Shown here: positions 62,383 through 64,000 of the stretch, one piece after another
How the letters are laid out: every line of letters begins with the position of its first letter
Position numbering within the stretch: the first letter of the stretch is position 1
NCBI RefSeq assembly: GCF_009914755.1
Contig: NC_060947.1
Source of the DNA: the human T2T-CHM13v2.0 reference genome, Homo sapiens
DNA: 64,000 nucleotides
Direction: 5' to 3' (one strand)
Position numbers and translations under genes: made by a program
The notes under the pieces: generated by a model
Told to the model about the DNA's origin: nothing
Seen by the model: only the letters and a program-made list of their open reading frames with translations
Databases searched by the model: none

Positions 62383-64000
62383 GAGACTAGGATTGCAACC
62401 CCTGCCTTTTTTTGTTTTCTATTTGCTTGGTAGATCTTCCTCCATCCTTTTATTTTGAGCCTATGTGTGTCTCTGCACGTGAGATGGGTTTCCTGAAAAC
62501 AGCACACTGATGGGTCTTGACTCTTTATCCAATTTGCCAGTCTGTGTCTTTTAATTGGAGCATTTAGTCCATTTACATTTAAAGTTAATAGTGTTATGTG
62601 TGAATTTGATCCTGTCATTATGATGTTAGCTGGTTATTTTGCGCGTTAGTTGATGCAGTTTCTTCCTAGTCTCGATGGTCTTTACATTTTGGCATGATTT
62701 TGCAGCGGCTGGTACCGGTTGTTCCTTTCCATGTTTAGCACTTCCTTTAGGAGCTCTTTTAGGGCAGGCCTGGTGGTGACAAAATCTCTCAGCATTTGCT
62801 TGTCTGTAAAGTATTTTATTTCTCCTTCACTTATGAAGCTTAGTTTGCCTGGATATGAAATTCTGGGTTGAAAATTCTTTTCTTTAAGAATGTTGAATAT
62901 TGGCCCCCACTCTCTTCTGGCTTGTAGGGTTTCTGCTGAGAGATCCACTGTTAGTCTGATGTGCTTCCCTTTGAGGGTAACCTGACCTTTCTCTCTGGCT
63001 GCCCTTAACATTTTTTCCTTCATTTCAACTTTGGTGAATCTGACAATTATGTGTCTTGGAGTTGCTCTTCTCGAGGAGTATCTTTGTGGCGTTCTCTGTA
63101 TTTCCTGAATCTGAACGTTGGCCTGCCTTGCTAGATTGGGGAAGTTCTCCTGGATAATATCCTGCAGAGTGTTTTCCAACTTGGTTCCATTCTCCCCATC
63201 ACTTTCAGGTACACCAATCAGACGTAGATTTGGTCTTTTCACATAGTCCCATATTTCTTGGAGGCTTTGCTCGTTTCTTTTTACTCTTTTTTCTCTAAAC
63301 TTCCCTTCTCGCTTCATTTCATTCATTTCATCTTCCATCGCTGATATCCTTTCTTCCAGTTGATCGCATCGGCTCCTGAGGCTTCTGCATTCTTCACGTA
63401 TTTCTCGAGCCTTGGTTTTCAGCTCCATCAGCTCCTTTAAGCACTTCTCTGTATTGATTATTCTAGTTATACATTCTTCTAAATTTTTTTCAAAGTTTTC
63501 AACTTCTTTGCCTTTGGTTTGAATGTCCTCCCGTAGCTCAGAGTAATTTGATCGTCTGAAGCCTTCTTCTCTCAGCTCGTCAAAGTCATTCTCCGTCCAG
63601 CTTTGTTCCATTGCTGGTGAGGAGCTGCGTTCCTTTGGAGGAGGAGAGGCGCTCTGATTTTTAGAGTTTCCAGTTTTTCTGTTCTGTTTTTTCCCCATCT
63701 TTGTGGTTTTATCTACTTTTGGTCTTTGATGATGGTGATGTACAGATGGGTTTTTGGTGTGGATGTCCTTTCTGTTTGTTAGTTTTCCTTCTAACAGACA
63801 GGACCCTCAGCTGCAGGACTGTTGGAATACCCTGCAGTGTGAGGTGTCAGTGTGCCCCTACTGGAGGGTGCCTCCCAGTTAGGCTGGTCAGGGGTCAGGG
63901 ACCCACTTGAGGAGGCAGTCTGCCCATTCTCAGATCTCCAGCTGCGTACTGGGAGAACCACTGCTCTCTTCAAAGCTGTCAGACAGGGACATTTAAGTCT
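62383..64000 (-). mobile_element. Young L1 (L1PA2/late L1PA3-like): 5' UTR, ORF1 and start of ORF2; 3' half missing; continues beyond the window
   Basis: Near-L1HS ORF1 ending NHAKM. The 5' UTR lacks the ~129-bp segment. ORF2 homology switches abruptly at 62382/62383. Confidence 0.95.
62682..63698 (-). CDS. LINE-1 ORF1p, intact 338 aa (RNA-binding protein/nucleic acid chaperone)
   Basis: Full-length MGKKQNRK...QNHAKM. REKG and ARR motifs are intact; YPAKLS is changed to YPGKLS. Confidence 0.93.
   Translation of the reverse strand: MGKKQNRKTGNSKNQSASPPPKERSSSPAMEQSWTENDFDELREEGFRRSNYSELREDIQTKGKEVENFEKNLEECITRIINTEKCLKELMELKTKAREIREECRSLRSRCDQLEERISAMEDEMNEMKREGKFREKRVKRNEQSLQEIWDYVKRPNLRLIGVPESDGENGTKLENTLQDIIQENFPNLARQANVQIQEIQRTPQRYSSRRATPRHIIVRFTKVEMKEKMLRAAREKGQVTLKGKHIRLTVDLSAETLQARREWGPIFNILKEKNFQPRISYPGKLSFISEGEIKYFTDKQMLRDFVTTRPALKELLKEVLNMERNNRYQPLQNHAKM

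Overview
This is AT-rich primate genomic DNA (human/great-ape type, judged from AluY, L1PA2/3 and THE1/MST content), roughly half of it interspersed repeats. On the + strand, six candidate exons (1-72, 9499-9579, 15281-15403, 21095-21130, 32091-32211, 43117-43292) have canonical AG/GT sites and matching phases. They splice into an open 202-aa C-terminal frame ending ...HTNMIKKKEK*. I cannot name the gene, and the last two junctions are less certain. The main repeats are: a full-length but disabled L1PA3 (23200-29365) inside an AluJ tail; a younger minus-strand L1PA2-like element at the window end with an intact 338-aa ORF1 but no 3' half; a complete MSTA MaLR provirus with TSD; a THE1 remnant nested in an LTR8-family LTR; several solo LTRs; about 18 Alus; and old L1M, MIR and L2 fragments. 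There are no RNA genes or CRISPR arrays, and I found no convincing new biological system. The most interesting leads are an open L1 ORF0-Alu read-through frame, a possible gene-conversion tract shared by the two inverted L1s, three frame-preserving exons each bracketed by inverted Alus, and a CpG-retaining AluY next to a CTCF-like motif. Repeat subfamily calls come from remembered consensus features, not a database search.
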